Source of the DNA: a virus | Length of the DNA: 64,000 nt | Direction: 5' to 3' (one strand) | Virus record (IMG/VR): IMGVR_UViG_3300042731_011319 | Coordinates: 1-64,000 of that record | Shown here: positions 1 to 8,959 of the stretch, piece by piece | Position numbering within the stretch: the first letter of the stretch is position 1 | How the letters are laid out: the number at the start of each line of letters is the position of its first letter | Notes under the pieces: model-generated | Seen by the model: the letters and a program-made list of their open reading frames with translations, nothing else | Told to the model about the DNA's origin: nothing | The model's database searches: none | Position numbers and translations under genes: made by a program

Positions 1-2
1 TC

Positions 3-179
3 TTTCTAAAGAGAGAAAGTATGAAAGTTGATCGAATTCAGAAAAGATTAAATAGCATAGAAATTGAGTTGGCTAAAAATTCAGCAGTAGATACAGAAAG
101 ATGGAATCAAACAAGCAAACTGCTAGAAGACAGAAGGATAGACATTCACCAAATATTTGACCAAATAAATAAAAAATGA
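3..179 (+). CDS. Hypothetical coiled-coil protein, 5'-truncated at window edge
   Basis: Frame 3 is open from the window start to TGA at 177-179 (FLKRESMKVDRIQKRLNSIEIELAK...); not in the ORF track. Confidence 0.55.
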   Translation, partial: FLKRESMKVDRIQKRLNSIEIELAKNSAVDTERWNQTSKLLEDRRIDIHQIFDQINKK

Positions 180-259
180 ATTTTATTATAGAACTATGGG
201 ACTTGCTCCTTTTTTTTGTACTAGCAGGTTCGCTAATGGTTGTTATTTTAAATAAGTGA
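176..259 (+). CDS. 27-aa single-TM peptide
   Basis: ATGA overlap with the previous stop; MNFIIELWDLLLFFVLAGSLMVVILNK is hydrophobic. Confidence 0.4.
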   Translation: MNFIIELWDLLLFFVLAGSLMVVILNK

Positions 260-260
260 G

Positions 261-617
261 TTATTCGCGCGAATAATCGTCTTCAATGCGAACAATATCA
301 TCCTCGCCAAAATAAGTGCCTGTTTGGACTTCAACAAGAATCATATCTTCGGTATCGCTTGGGTTCGCCATACGATGCTTGTCGCCCAAACCAATCAATG
401 CAGTTTCACCAACTTGGTAATCCTTGTCAACACCATTCTGTGTGACTCTTGCTACACCTTGAACAATAGTCCATGCTTCTTGCCTGTGATGATGGTACTG
501 ATAGCTTAATCTTTGTTGAGGCTTAACAACAATACGTTTAACTTTACAATACTCTGTGTCGAGTAAAATTTCATAATACCCCCAAGGGCGAATTGATTCA
601 TCTTGTTTTTTATTCAT
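261..617 (-). CDS. Mannose-6-phosphate isomerase type II C-terminal cupin (ManC-like cupin)
   Basis: RPWGYY, VKRIVVKP, LSYQYHHHRQEAW, HRMANP and EVQTGTYFGEDDIVRIEDDY motifs. Confidence 0.9.
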   Translation of the reverse strand: MNKKQDESIRPWGYYEILLDTEYCKVKRIVVKPQQRLSYQYHHHRQEAWTIVQGVARVTQNGVDKDYQVGETALIGLGDKHRMANPSDTEDMILVEVQTGTYFGEDDIVRIEDDYSRE

Positions 618-954
618 TATCTGCGAATTTTAAAGGTCTAAGCCAACCATCTCCATTATGGAATTTTTTCGTATCTGGTGCAGGACGCATAGGTAAATCA
701 AGTGATTGAGCTAAACTATGCACCTGTACCTCATTAAGTTGCACTCGTTCACCATTAACCCAAACAACATAAGCATGAGCTAGATAAAAAGGCATTGGTA
801 CGGAATTTATTTGAACATTATAAACTTCTTCATGAAAATAATCTTCGGGCGAAAGATGTAGTTTAATTGGCTGTTTGTTAGGTTTTTCGATGGTTTCATA
901 TGTTGATTGACACCCCGACAAACAAATCAATAAAAATATTATTATTTTATTCAT
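610..954 (-). CDS. Putative lipoprotein
   Basis: N-terminal hydrophobic stretch with lipobox-like LSGC. Confidence 0.6.
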   Translation of the reverse strand: MNKIIIFLLICLSGCQSTYETIEKPNKQPIKLHLSPEDYFHEEVYNVQINSVPMPFYLAHAYVVWVNGERVQLNEVQVHSLAQSLDLPMRPAPDTKKFHNGDGWLRPLKFADNE

Positions 955-1342
955 TGACTTTTTCCCATCTATTGTCGTAATTTAACTTAAAACTTCCTTG
1001 TTGTTTGTTACCCCAACTACATTCATGCGGAGCAAATAAACTAAGGAAATATTTATCGCCATCTTTTTTATACAAGTAATAAGTTTTACCAACAACAGGC
1101 TTGAATCGCATTTCAGCATTGAAGATGATTTCGTTCCATTTAAATTCATTGTAAAGTTGTTTAAGCTCATTTTTTAATTTATTAAATCTTTCATCATAAT
1201 GCTTATTTGCTCGATGAACCGCTCCAATTTTCCAACCGCCCAAACTATGGTCGGGCTTAATAACAGGAGCGCCCAAATTACTAGCGTAAGGAAGAGAGTG
1301 AGGGTTTGGCGCGACATTGTCGGGCAAGTCTTTTTCATCCAT
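947..1342 (-). CDS. DUF2452-like protein
   Basis: PYASNLGAPVIKP...FKPVVGKTYYLY...LSLFAPHE pattern. Confidence 0.7.
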   Translation of the reverse strand: MDEKDLPDNVAPNPHSLPYASNLGAPVIKPDHSLGGWKIGAVHRANKHYDERFNKLKNELKQLYNEFKWNEIIFNAEMRFKPVVGKTYYLYKKDGDKYFLSLFAPHECSWGNKQQGSFKLNYDNRWEKVNE

Positions 1343-1536
1343 TATTTTTCATCACCTTGTTGCCAATTCATGCACCATTTATAGCTTTGCACATTTGTTA
1401 CTTTTTCTTTATCTTCTTCGGGGATATAGTAAGTAGCCGTTCTTAAATTAGTTTGTAAAGTATCAATTAAAGCATATAAATCTGATATTTGCTTGTCTTT
1501 GTTATGTATTTCTAGTTTGAGTTGTCTTTCGTTCAT
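1342..1536 (-). CDS. Hypothetical protein
   Basis: ORF coupled to the next gene; GTGTA element 13 nt upstream. Confidence 0.6.
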   Translation of the reverse strand: MNERQLKLEIHNKDKQISDLYALIDTLQTNLRTATYYIPEEDKEKVTNVQSYKWCMNWQQGDEK

Positions 1537-1559
1537 ATGAACGAATAATTACACTAAAA

Positions 1560-1811
1560 TTAATCATAAGGCTTGACATCTCCATTCTGTAAAATTTTCT
1601 TGTCTTCATACGGAGCAACCGATCTACGATACAATTCCATTTTTGCGCATTCTAATGCACCCACTATATCATTGCAAGTTTGATAGTTAAAATCATTCTG
1701 CTCAATATAAATTGAAATTAATTGGTGCAACGCATAATTAAATTGCCCCGCATTTGTGACTAAATTATCTTTGTCTACTTTATCTTTTTCTGATTTTGGT
1801 ATATAAGGCAT
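1560..1811 (-). CDS. Conserved phage protein (DUF6899-like)
   Basis: MPYI...GQFNY...GALECAKMELYRR...PYEDKKI..NGDV pattern. Confidence 0.7.
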   Translation of the reverse strand: MPYIPKSEKDKVDKDNLVTNAGQFNYALHQLISIYIEQNDFNYQTCNDIVGALECAKMELYRRSVAPYEDKKILQNGDVKPYD

Positions 1812-1822
1812 AGTAATATGTA

Positions 1823-1851
1823 ATTATAGTATACATTTAGTGAAAAGTCAA
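1823..1851 (-). promoter_or_regulatory. sigma70-type promoter
   Basis: TTGACT-N17-TATAAT, 11 nt upstream of ATG 1811. Confidence 0.8.
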
Positions 1852-1858
1852 GTATATT

Positions 1859-1863
1859 GTGTA
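1859..1863 (+). promoter_or_regulatory. GTGTA element (putative phage late promoter)
   Basis: GTGTA-N9-GTG start at 1873; back-to-back with the sigma70 promoter on the other strand. Confidence 0.6.
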
Positions 1864-1872
1864 ATATAATTT

Positions 1873-2679
1873 GTGAGTAATAAGCATTATCCAAATACTG
1901 CACCTTTTGCGCATGAAAGAAACACGAATGTGAATTTCAATTATGTGTGGGATAGTGCTAATACTAATTGGGTTCCGCAATCTCAAGATAATGCAAGTTT
2001 AATTTTAGGTCAAGCAAAAAAAAGTATCCATAAATTCGGATCAGTAGTTATTGCCGACAAAACAACAGAAGAAACTATATGGGACGAAGGCGGTTTATAT
2101 GAATTTCCCGATAATAATGGAGAGAACCTAGAAATTAAATCTTCAGATAATGGAGATACTCAAGAAATTATAGTAATAGGTTTAGATGCGAATTTTGAAG
2201 AACAGACCCAAAGTGTAAACCTAGCAGGTCAAACATCAACAAGCATCACAGGAACATGGACAAGAGTGTTTAGGGCATATAACAACGGATCGCAAAATTT
2301 ACAAGGGAATGTGTCTGTACATAAGCAAGGAGACGACACTCAAATATATGCAAAAATTCTACCCCAAAACAATCAAACGTTGATGGCAGTATATACTATC
2401 CCCGAAGATTGTACAGGCTATTTAATGAAATATCATTGCTCTGCACAAAACACAGATAGTTCTTCAAGCGCGAATGTTGTAATTCATATAAAAACAAGAG
2501 AGTATGGTAAAGTATTTAGAACTAGAAGTATAATATCTTGCTCAACAAACCAATCAGATGAAGAAACATTAATTTTTCCTTTAGAGCTACCCCCTAAAAC
2601 TGATATTGTATTTAATAAAATATCTTCAAATAATACAAATGCATCAATTAATGCAGATTTTGATATAGCATTATTGTAA
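1873..2679 (+). CDS. Conserved phage protein, possibly virion-associated
   Basis: 268 aa, beta-rich; IHKFG...ETIWDEGG...GLDANF...RVFRAY...QTLMAVYTIP pattern recalled from phage proteins. Confidence 0.65.
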   Translation: MSNKHYPNTAPFAHERNTNVNFNYVWDSANTNWVPQSQDNASLILGQAKKSIHKFGSVVIADKTTEETIWDEGGLYEFPDNNGENLEIKSSDNGDTQEIIVIGLDANFEEQTQSVNLAGQTSTSITGTWTRVFRAYNNGSQNLQGNVSVHKQGDDTQIYAKILPQNNQTLMAVYTIPEDCTGYLMKYHCSAQNTDSSSSANVVIHIKTREYGKVFRTRSIISCSTNQSDEETLIFPLELPPKTDIVFNKISSNNTNASINADFDIALL

Positions 2680-2838
2680 ATAGTTTTTTAATTTATCTAT
2701 TTGCTTTTCTACATCTTCTAGTTCTTGTTTTATTTCTTTGGAGTAATCTTTTCTTTTATTTACTTGTTGTAATAGCCTAGTGGCTAATTCATTAAGCTCT
2801 TCGGCACATTTTAATGCAACTCGATCATAAGCGTTCAT
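2671..2838 (-). CDS. 55-aa MazG-like (all-alpha NTP pyrophosphohydrolase) mini-protein
   Basis: Not in the ORF track; MNAYDRVALKCAEELNELA...KQELEDV has EExxE...ExxD spacing; directly follows ruvB. Confidence 0.5.
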   Translation of the reverse strand: MNAYDRVALKCAEELNELATRLLQQVNKRKDYSKEIKQELEDVEKQIDKLKNYLQ

Positions 2839-2840
2839 AG

Positions 2841-3767
2841 TTATAATGTGTCACATAGTTGACGACCAAATCTAGTAATTTTTCTTTTACCATCAATTTC
2901 AATGAAGTTTTTATTTAATAAATAAAGCTCATGATCTCTTTGAAGTGCGGTTTTACTTAAACCTATCTTAGCGGACACGCTAGTTAATGTAGCCTCGCCA
3001 ACTTTTTTCAGAAATTGTAAAATTTGTTTTTCAGTAAAACTGATGCCATGAGGAAGTATCCCAACCTTGTCAGATAAATCTTTAAAGTTATCTAATGTAA
3101 AATGATAGTTTTCTTTAGCCCCGCAATAAAGAGTGATTTCTTTAGCTCGCTTGACTGCGCTTCTAGCATTTCCACGAATGGTACTTGCTACTGCTTGTAA
3201 GCAGTCATCATCAAATGTTACTTCGGGGGCGCAGAGTTTAACAATTTCAGATAACTGATCTTCATTATAAGCCTCAAAATCAATCGTAGTAAGACGATCT
3301 TTCAAAGGCGGAAAAATTCTATCAGTTTCGGTTGTAGCAAATATAAATGTTTGTTGTTTAAAATTAAACTCAAAGTTCATGCCATTCCATTCAAAATTTT
3401 TGCGAGAATTAGCTTCCGCATTAAAAATGGTGAGAAATGCCATAGTCAAGTCTTTAGGAAGGGCATGACATTCATCAAAAAGAATGGTAACTTCATTGTC
3501 AGCGATAATAGGCAGAAAGATTTGCTCAAAAAACTGCTCGTTATTTTTAATTGTTGAACAATTTAACTCAAGGAAAGCTCGTTTATCACCATCTTGATTG
3601 CATAGGTTTTTGGCAAATTCTTTTGCAAACTCTGTCTTCCCAAGACCTTTTGCTCCTGCCATTAAAAGGAAAGGAGCTTGGGATGTCTTATGGAAAGCAT
3701 CCAAATAAAAAGATAATTTCTTTTTGACTGCATCTTGACCGACAAGATCGGGGAAATAATTACTCAT
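2841..3767 (-). CDS. ruvB: RuvB-like Holliday junction branch-migration AAA+ ATPase
   Basis: VGQ, Walker A GAKGLGKT, Walker B LFDECH, ATT sensor, PLKDRL, RGNAR, C-terminal winged helix ending GKRKIT. Confidence 0.85.
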   Translation of the reverse strand: MSNYFPDLVGQDAVKKKLSFYLDAFHKTSQAPFLLMAGAKGLGKTEFAKEFAKNLCNQDGDKRAFLELNCSTIKNNEQFFEQIFLPIIADNEVTILFDECHALPKDLTMAFLTIFNAEANSRKNFEWNGMNFEFNFKQQTFIFATTETDRIFPPLKDRLTTIDFEAYNEDQLSEIVKLCAPEVTFDDDCLQAVASTIRGNARSAVKRAKEITLYCGAKENYHFTLDNFKDLSDKVGILPHGISFTEKQILQFLKKVGEATLTSVSAKIGLSKTALQRDHELYLLNKNFIEIDGKRKITRFGRQLCDTL

Positions 3768-3769
3768 AA

Positions 3770-3994
3770 TTAGAATTGTGTTAATGTATATTCAATTTTA
3801 GGAATCTCTTCCTCACTAATAACCTTAGAACCACTAGGTTCTTGTTGGATGGGGCTAATATAGTCGTGATCTGTAATGCTGTCAAGCCATTTCTTACAGA
3901 CAACAACTTTGCTTTTTCGCCCGACCCAATCGCCTAGCTCTTCATAACTAATTTCAACATATGGGCTATAGCCCTTTGGTCTTCCTCTACTCAT
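3770..3994 (-). CDS. Small protein with N-terminal AT-hook-like motif
   Basis: MSRGRPKG; first gene of the ruvB operon. Confidence 0.6.
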   Translation of the reverse strand: MSRGRPKGYSPYVEISYEELGDWVGRKSKVVVCKKWLDSITDHDYISPIQQEPSGSKVISEEEIPKIEYTLTQF

Positions 3995-4003
3995 AATGGC
4001 AAT

Positions 4004-4032
4004 ACATTAGCAGAAGAAGGATAAGTAGTCAA
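4004..4032 (-). promoter_or_regulatory. sigma70-type promoter
   Basis: TTGACT-N17-TAATGT with TG extension, 9 nt before ATG 3994. Confidence 0.7.
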
Positions 4033-4041
4033 ATAAAAACT

Positions 4042-4572
4042 TTAACTTGGAGATTTTTTAATGTCGCAGACAATGATAACATTATAACCATCGCTTGGCT
4101 CGTCCCTAGTGTAAATGTACTCTACGTGATGACCAAACCTAGAAGTAAGCTCGGATAATTTATTTTTCATAAAATCTAAACCCATATCTAAATGCTTATG
4201 AGCTTTATTCCAAATATGAGGTTGATGCTTATTGACTTCTCTGTACCTCTGCTCGTCAGGAAAAAATAAAATTAATCTTCCATTATCTTTTAAGATTCTC
4301 ACCATTTCGTTTAAAACGACAGCAGTATCCACGAAATCCTCGATCAAATGCGAAGAGAAGACAATATCAAATTGACCATCTTCAATCGGTAGACCTTTTG
4401 TGATATCAGCAGGTATGTCGTTTTTATCTTCACCAACCTTGGTATAAGGATTGGGGAGATCAGAGCCGATGGCATGAGGTACAACTTTACTGCCCCCAAA
4501 TCCAATATCAATTATATTATTTGAGTTGAGGTAGTTTAAAATATGTTTTTTATGTGATTTTGTTTCTGACAT
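4042..4572 (-). CDS. SAM-dependent methyltransferase (Methyltransf_11-like)
   Basis: IDIGFGG, FDIVFSSHLIED, RILKDNG. Confidence 0.8.
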   Translation of the reverse strand: MSETKSHKKHILNYLNSNNIIDIGFGGSKVVPHAIGSDLPNPYTKVGEDKNDIPADITKGLPIEDGQFDIVFSSHLIEDFVDTAVVLNEMVRILKDNGRLILFFPDEQRYREVNKHQPHIWNKAHKHLDMGLDFMKNKLSELTSRFGHHVEYIYTRDEPSDGYNVIIVCDIKKSPS

Positions 4573-4596
4573 TTTATTTTCTTTTATTATATAATA

Positions 4597-5358
4597 TTAA
4601 TATTTCCAATTAAATCTATTAATTTCTTCTCTGTAATATTTGGAGACAAGGTTTTTAGTTTCAACATTGTAGTAATCTCTATAGTTTTTTATAGAAATAG
4701 GTGTATTTGATTCGATCAATTCTTTTTTGCTGTCAAGTATATTTTTTTGACCAAGCACTTCAGATGACCAAGATAAACCTGCTTCTGAGCGAGATGACAA
4801 ATCTTTTGTATATGGAAATGTATTATATAATGAATCAATATCGACATTTAAATAATCACATAGTGAGCCTAATTGATCCTGAATTTGATCATATTTGATA
4901 ATATGAACATCCTCTTCACCAATCAACCAATCATAGCATCGAAGTGGAGCAATATAATCAGTTAAATTATATTTTTTTAAAAATATTTCGTCTGGAGTTT
5001 CAGTAAAGAAACAATAATTGTGAGTATCCTTAATTTCATTTACATAACAATTCAGCCAACTAGAAAAATCAACAAAGGAAGCCCAAATATAAGGAATATG
5101 ATAGATAGATACTAAGTGATCCCAAGGGTTGCGAATAATAGAAAATTTAAAATAATTTTTGATTTTCGAGTCAACCTGCACAAGTTGATTTAACGTCCAA
5201 TGTTTTGCGTCTTTTCCTTTTATGAAAGTAACTTCTTCCCAAAATTCTGAAGAAGATAACTTATTTGCATAAAAGATATTATAAATTTGATTGCACAAAT
5301 AACTACCAGAAGTTCTTGGTATATGTATAAATGCTAATTTTAGTTGATGGCAAATCAT
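4597..5358 (-). CDS. Sulfotransferase family 2
   Basis: 5'-PSB FIHIPRTSGS, 3'-PB FSIIRNPWDHLVSIY, C-terminal YRDYY...EINRFNWKY. Confidence 0.85.
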   Translation of the reverse strand: MICHQLKLAFIHIPRTSGSYLCNQIYNIFYANKLSSSEFWEEVTFIKGKDAKHWTLNQLVQVDSKIKNYFKFSIIRNPWDHLVSIYHIPYIWASFVDFSSWLNCYVNEIKDTHNYCFFTETPDEIFLKKYNLTDYIAPLRCYDWLIGEEDVHIIKYDQIQDQLGSLCDYLNVDIDSLYNTFPYTKDLSSRSEAGLSWSSEVLGQKNILDSKKELIESNTPISIKNYRDYYNVETKNLVSKYYREEINRFNWKY

Positions 5359-5729
5359 TATGATAAAACATCTTTTATTTCAGCCTCTTGCATTTTAATT
5401 TTATGCATTAAAGTCCAAGTGACATTTTTTAAGGAAATTAATTGCCCAAGATCAATTTCTCTTTCGGGAGGTATATCAATGCAATCTTGATTTAGTACAA
5501 TCAACTCATCTAGCGCATCAAGTTGCTTCTTATATAAAACCATTAAAACTTGAATACAGCTTAGAGATGTGTTTTTTAATCGCTTGCGTTGATCTAATTG
5601 TGGAAAAGAGTCTTGATTCAAAAAATTCTCAATCATTCTGATATTTGCAAGATGCTTAGCTTCAAAGTCGCAAATCTCTTCTGTGTAAAAATCAAAAGTA
5701 TCCCAAGCTAAATCAAGTTTATTTGTCAT
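5358..5729 (-). CDS. Hypothetical protein
   Basis: ORF coupled to both neighbours. Confidence 0.6.
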   Translation of the reverse strand: MTNKLDLAWDTFDFYTEEICDFEAKHLANIRMIENFLNQDSFPQLDQRKRLKNTSLSCIQVLMVLYKKQLDALDELIVLNQDCIDIPPEREIDLGQLISLKNVTWTLMHKIKMQEAEIKDVLS

Positions 5730-5899
5730 AAAATCTTTTGTAAAATTTCAAGCTCTTGAACCCCAAGATATTTAACAAAATAAATGCAAAAAGAAGTAAG
5801 CTCGGCATGAGACCAATTACTATTATTAACAATATCGGCAACTTCATCATAGTTGCCATTTTGCCAAGTTTCAGTTAATACTATAAATTCAGAATTCAT
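5726..5899 (-). CDS. 57-aa hypothetical protein
   Basis: Not in the ORF track; MNSEFIVLTETWQNG...ILQKIL; stop overlaps the next ATG (ATGA). Confidence 0.55.
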   Translation of the reverse strand: MNSEFIVLTETWQNGNYDEVADIVNNSNWSHAELTSFCIYFVKYLGVQELEILQKIL

Positions 5900-5925
5900 A
5901 TCTTTTTATTAGTGTACATAATAAT

Positions 5926-6549
5926 ATGGAATTTAGAAAAAAAATTTGTTGGTCGTGCATGTGTTTATTTGGGGTCTTTTTATTTATTATTTGGTCTTTA
6001 ATAGCTTGCAGACAAGGTAGTTTTCAAGAGCTCTATAGTATTCCAAAAATACCACAAAGTCAAGAACAAAAGTATAGTGTCTATTATAAAAATGATTTCG
6101 GGCTAAGATTCAACCATCAAATTGGTCATAATTCAGTAAAAATAAAAGTCCCAACAACCATATCAATACTATTGCTAGACGCAAAATATAGAGAAGTGGA
6201 CTATTTCTTTTTTAGAAAATTTAATAATTGGTTTAAGAAAATAAAATTTGAAAATGGGATAATGGCGATTGACCAAGAAGAGAATTTAGATTGCGATAAT
6301 TTCGCTATGTTATATAAATCGTTTATGAGTGTGGCAAATTATAAAAGTAAGGTTGAGCAGGAACCTGCAGTTGGATTAGTTATAGTTGAACAAAAGAATG
6401 CTTTTGGAGGAATACCAAAAGGAGGTTTGCATATGCTGAATCTAGTATTTACAAATAAAGCATGGTATATATTTGAGCCACAAACAGGTCAATATATTGA
6501 GCTAGAAAATTACCCAAACCAAGAATACATTCAAACTATTATTATTTAA
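5926..6549 (+). CDS. Membrane-anchored papain/transglutaminase-like protein (MOA agglutinin C-terminal-like)
   Basis: N-terminal TM; DCDNFA...HMLN...FEPQ Cys-His-Glu pattern; GTGTA-N9-ATG upstream. Confidence 0.6.
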   Translation: MEFRKKICWSCMCLFGVFLFIIWSLIACRQGSFQELYSIPKIPQSQEQKYSVYYKNDFGLRFNHQIGHNSVKIKVPTTISILLLDAKYREVDYFFFRKFNNWFKKIKFENGIMAIDQEENLDCDNFAMLYKSFMSVANYKSKVEQEPAVGLVIVEQKNAFGGIPKGGLHMLNLVFTNKAWYIFEPQTGQYIELENYPNQEYIQTIII

Positions 6550-6563
6550 TATTTAAATAAAAA

Positions 6564-6639
6564 TGGAGCCACCTGTCAGGATCGAACTGACGACCTACGC
6601 ATTACAAGTGCGTCGCACTACCATCTGTGCTAAGGTGGC
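6564..6639 (-). tRNA. trnT: tRNA-Thr(UGU)
   Basis: GCCACCT/AGGTGGC acceptor stem, anticodon stem ACGCA/TGCGT with loop CTTGTAA, GTTCGATCC T-loop, encoded CCA; 76 nt. Confidence 0.97.
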
Positions 6640-6680
6640 TTAATTTATAATTAATTATTAATTCTATAATTTTATTATAA

Positions 6681-6893
6681 TTATTTTTTATTTGTTTTAT
6701 ATTTTTCTTCCAGGTAATACCTCCAGAAAAAATGAAAAGCTTCTTCGTCATCATTTTCTAGTGCAGACTTTAATTCTTGAGAATAAACTTCTTCCCAATT
6801 TCTATCTTCTTCATTAAACATAGTATCTTGAGGCTTTAATAATTTATTATTTGAACAACTTGAGATAAAAAATATTAAAATTAAAATCGGCAC
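6681..6893 (-). CDS. Small putative lipoprotein
   Basis: Hydrophobic N-terminus with ISSC; GTGTA-N9-GTG upstream. Confidence 0.6.
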   Translation of the reverse strand: MPILILIFFISSCSNNKLLKPQDTMFNEEDRNWEEVYSQELKSALENDDEEAFHFFWRYYLEEKYKTNKK

Positions 6894-6908
6894 ATATTAA
6901 ATTACACA

Positions 6909-7328
6909 TTATTGTAGCCAATGATTATTTATAGATAGTAAGTCATAATTTTTGAGCTGATGAATTTGGTAAAAGGAAAACTGAATACTTGGCTCGTCAA
7001 AAAGCTCGGTCATATAATATCTCTGCATATTACCGAAGGCAATCTGATATATAGAACAAGCAGTAGTTAAGTTTTTGCCGCAAAACAATGAAATTTTAAT
7101 TAATGGATCTGACGTAAAAATAAAATTGACTATATCACTATAAAAATCGTCAGGAAGAGAATCGTCATGATCTATATTAATATCTTCTTCAGCAATAGAA
7201 TTGAAATTATCAGTTCGAACAATTGTTCGGTCAATATACAACTCATTAAAACATTCAAATAAATTTAAAAAATGATTTGATACTAAATCAAGACCATTAG
7301 ATAAAAAAATATGACTTTCTGTACTCAA
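6909..7328 (-). CDS. Hypothetical protein
   Basis: ORF in a tightly coupled run. Confidence 0.55.
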   Translation of the reverse strand: MSTESHIFLSNGLDLVSNHFLNLFECFNELYIDRTIVRTDNFNSIAEEDINIDHDDSLPDDFYSDIVNFIFTSDPLIKISLFCGKNLTTACSIYQIAFGNMQRYYMTELFDEPSIQFSFYQIHQLKNYDLLSINNHWLQ

Positions 7329-7546
7329 TGAGAATGCTTCTTGACTTTAATAGATGCGATAATGGATCTAGCTCCATTTTCATTATCGGTCATTAGCGCC
7401 TCGCCATTAGTCATCATGATTTTCCACATCATTTTGCCCATGTGTTCGCGTTCTTTTACATAAACAACTTGTTTAGGATTAATGTGATATTTTTCGTTAT
7501 TTGAATCTTCTATACGGATCATATTATTTATTAAGTGTTTGTCCAA
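7325..7546 (-). CDS. Small hypothetical protein (weak FlbD-like resemblance)
   Basis: HINPKQVVYVKE...IMMTNGE. Confidence 0.5.
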   Translation of the reverse strand: MDKHLINNMIRIEDSNNEKYHINPKQVVYVKEREHMGKMMWKIMMTNGEALMTDNENGARSIIASIKVKKHSH

Positions 7547-8078
7547 AATTAACCATAGACCTTTTAATTCTATGTAAAGTAGCGCTCATGAATCCATCGG
7601 ATTTATTGAAAATTTTACATAAATGTTTTCTTGAGCAGCCTTTTTTAAAATGTAGTACAGCTATTAGCTGATTTCTTTTTGAAAGATTTTGATAGCATTT
7701 TTGCAATATAGAGTTACGCAAATTTAAGAGCTCTGCTTGCTCTATGCAGGTACTGTGCAAAAATTTAGAGTTACGATAGCTTGATTTTTCTGAAAGAAAA
7801 CTATAGTCTGAACTAGTAAACTCTCTATTTCTTTTAAATTCTGTAAAAAAACCTCTTATTTGCCAATAAGCGATTGAGAGTGCAAAATTCTTAAAAGAAC
7901 CTTTTGTGGGATCAAATTGATCGCGCTTTTTCCATAAAATAAATAAGGTATTTTGCAAAACATCTAAAGCGTCAGATTTATTTGTGATATGACTAGAAAC
8001 AAATGAACGAAGATCAGGGAGTAAATCTTCAACATGCGATGAAAACTCTTTATTTGTAATATTTTTATTTAATAACAT
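7524..8078 (-). CDS. ECF RNA polymerase sigma factor (Rhodopirellula/Verrucomicrobium-like)
   Basis: Region 2 LRSFVSSHITNKSDALDVLQNTLFILWKKRDQFDP...FKNFALSIA; region 4 LSKRNQLIAVLHF...TLHRIK. Confidence 0.8.
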   Translation of the reverse strand: MLLNKNITNKEFSSHVEDLLPDLRSFVSSHITNKSDALDVLQNTLFILWKKRDQFDPTKGSFKNFALSIAYWQIRGFFTEFKRNREFTSSDYSFLSEKSSYRNSKFLHSTCIEQAELLNLRNSILQKCYQNLSKRNQLIAVLHFKKGCSRKHLCKIFNKSDGFMSATLHRIKRSMVNFGQTLNK

Positions 8079-8298
8079 CGATAATTAAATCCAAACTATT
8101 ATTGGGGTTTTTTTCAATAATTAAATTAATGCTAGATTTGTTCTCCACAAATAAGGTTTGATAGATGCAGTCAACAATTTTTGATATTTCAACATTTTCA
8201 TGCAAAGAGCCATTATAATATTCGATCTTATTATAAATAACATCCAAAAGATGCTGTAGCTTTTCTTCATTATTGTGGTCTGAGTTAATTCTTATCAT
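8065..8298 (-). CDS. Hypothetical protein
   Basis: Coupled ORF. Confidence 0.5.
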   Translation of the reverse strand: MIRINSDHNNEEKLQHLLDVIYNKIEYYNGSLHENVEISKIVDCIYQTLFVENKSSINLIIEKNPNNSLDLIIDVIK

Positions 8299-8522
8299 GG
8301 CAAAACTATCCTATTAGGGTCATGTTCAAGTTCATAGTTGTCCCAATAGTCGTGATCATATTTACTAAAAGTAATATCAGAAAATAAAGTCAAGTTTTTG
8401 CCATCTTCAGAAACAAAGGCGACAGCAATTCCTTCAGGCACACGACCGCTGCCGTCAGTGTATTCAAAGCATTCATCATAACCATGTTCAGAATAAATGA
8501 TTTGTTCAGAGCTAATTTTCAT
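8295..8522 (-). CDS. Hypothetical protein
   Basis: Coupled ORF. Confidence 0.55.
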   Translation of the reverse strand: MKISSEQIIYSEHGYDECFEYTDGSGRVPEGIAVAFVSEDGKNLTLFSDITFSKYDHDYWDNYELEHDPNRIVLP

Positions 8523-8802
8523 TACAATAGTCTACATCTTGATTTGAAAGTGAGTCGCTCTCATTCTCCCATTTATCAGAATAAGGGTTATACCGTTCAA
8601 TGCTAAGATTTTGTGCACAAACATGCTTGTGCTTTAATGAGAAGTCATGAAACGATAATGCTTGTTGTGCTGACTCGGCCATATAATAATGATAATTATT
8701 TATTGCCGCCACATCTTTGCCGACATTATATTTAATTCGATATTCGAATAATTTATTATTTGTCGATTGCTTCTTCATTAATTTGATGGTAAATGTAATC
8801 AA
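8512..8802 (-). CDS. Hypothetical protein
   Basis: Coupled ORF; true start probably the downstream MKKQ. Confidence 0.55.
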   Translation of the reverse strand: MITFTIKLMKKQSTNNKLFEYRIKYNVGKDVAAINNYHYYMAESAQQALSFHDFSLKHKHVCAQNLSIERYNPYSDKWENESDSLSNQDVDYCNEN

Positions 8803-8953
8803 ATAAAATAAAAGTCACTTCTGTAAACATTCTTGCATCATCATGTTCATTACTTATTTCAACCCCAACAGGTTGACCCTCAGACACAGGCATGTCATCA
8901 TCTACATAAAAAAATTCTTCAAAATCAGAAGCATATACAAGTTCAGAGTTCAT
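8756..8953 (-). CDS. Acidic hypothetical protein
   Basis: Starts 6 nt after the cysQ stop. Confidence 0.5.
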   Translation of the reverse strand: MNSELVYASDFEEFFYVDDDMPVSEGQPVGVEISNEHDDARMFTEVTFILFDYIYHQINEEAIDK

Positions 8954-8959
8954 AATTAA

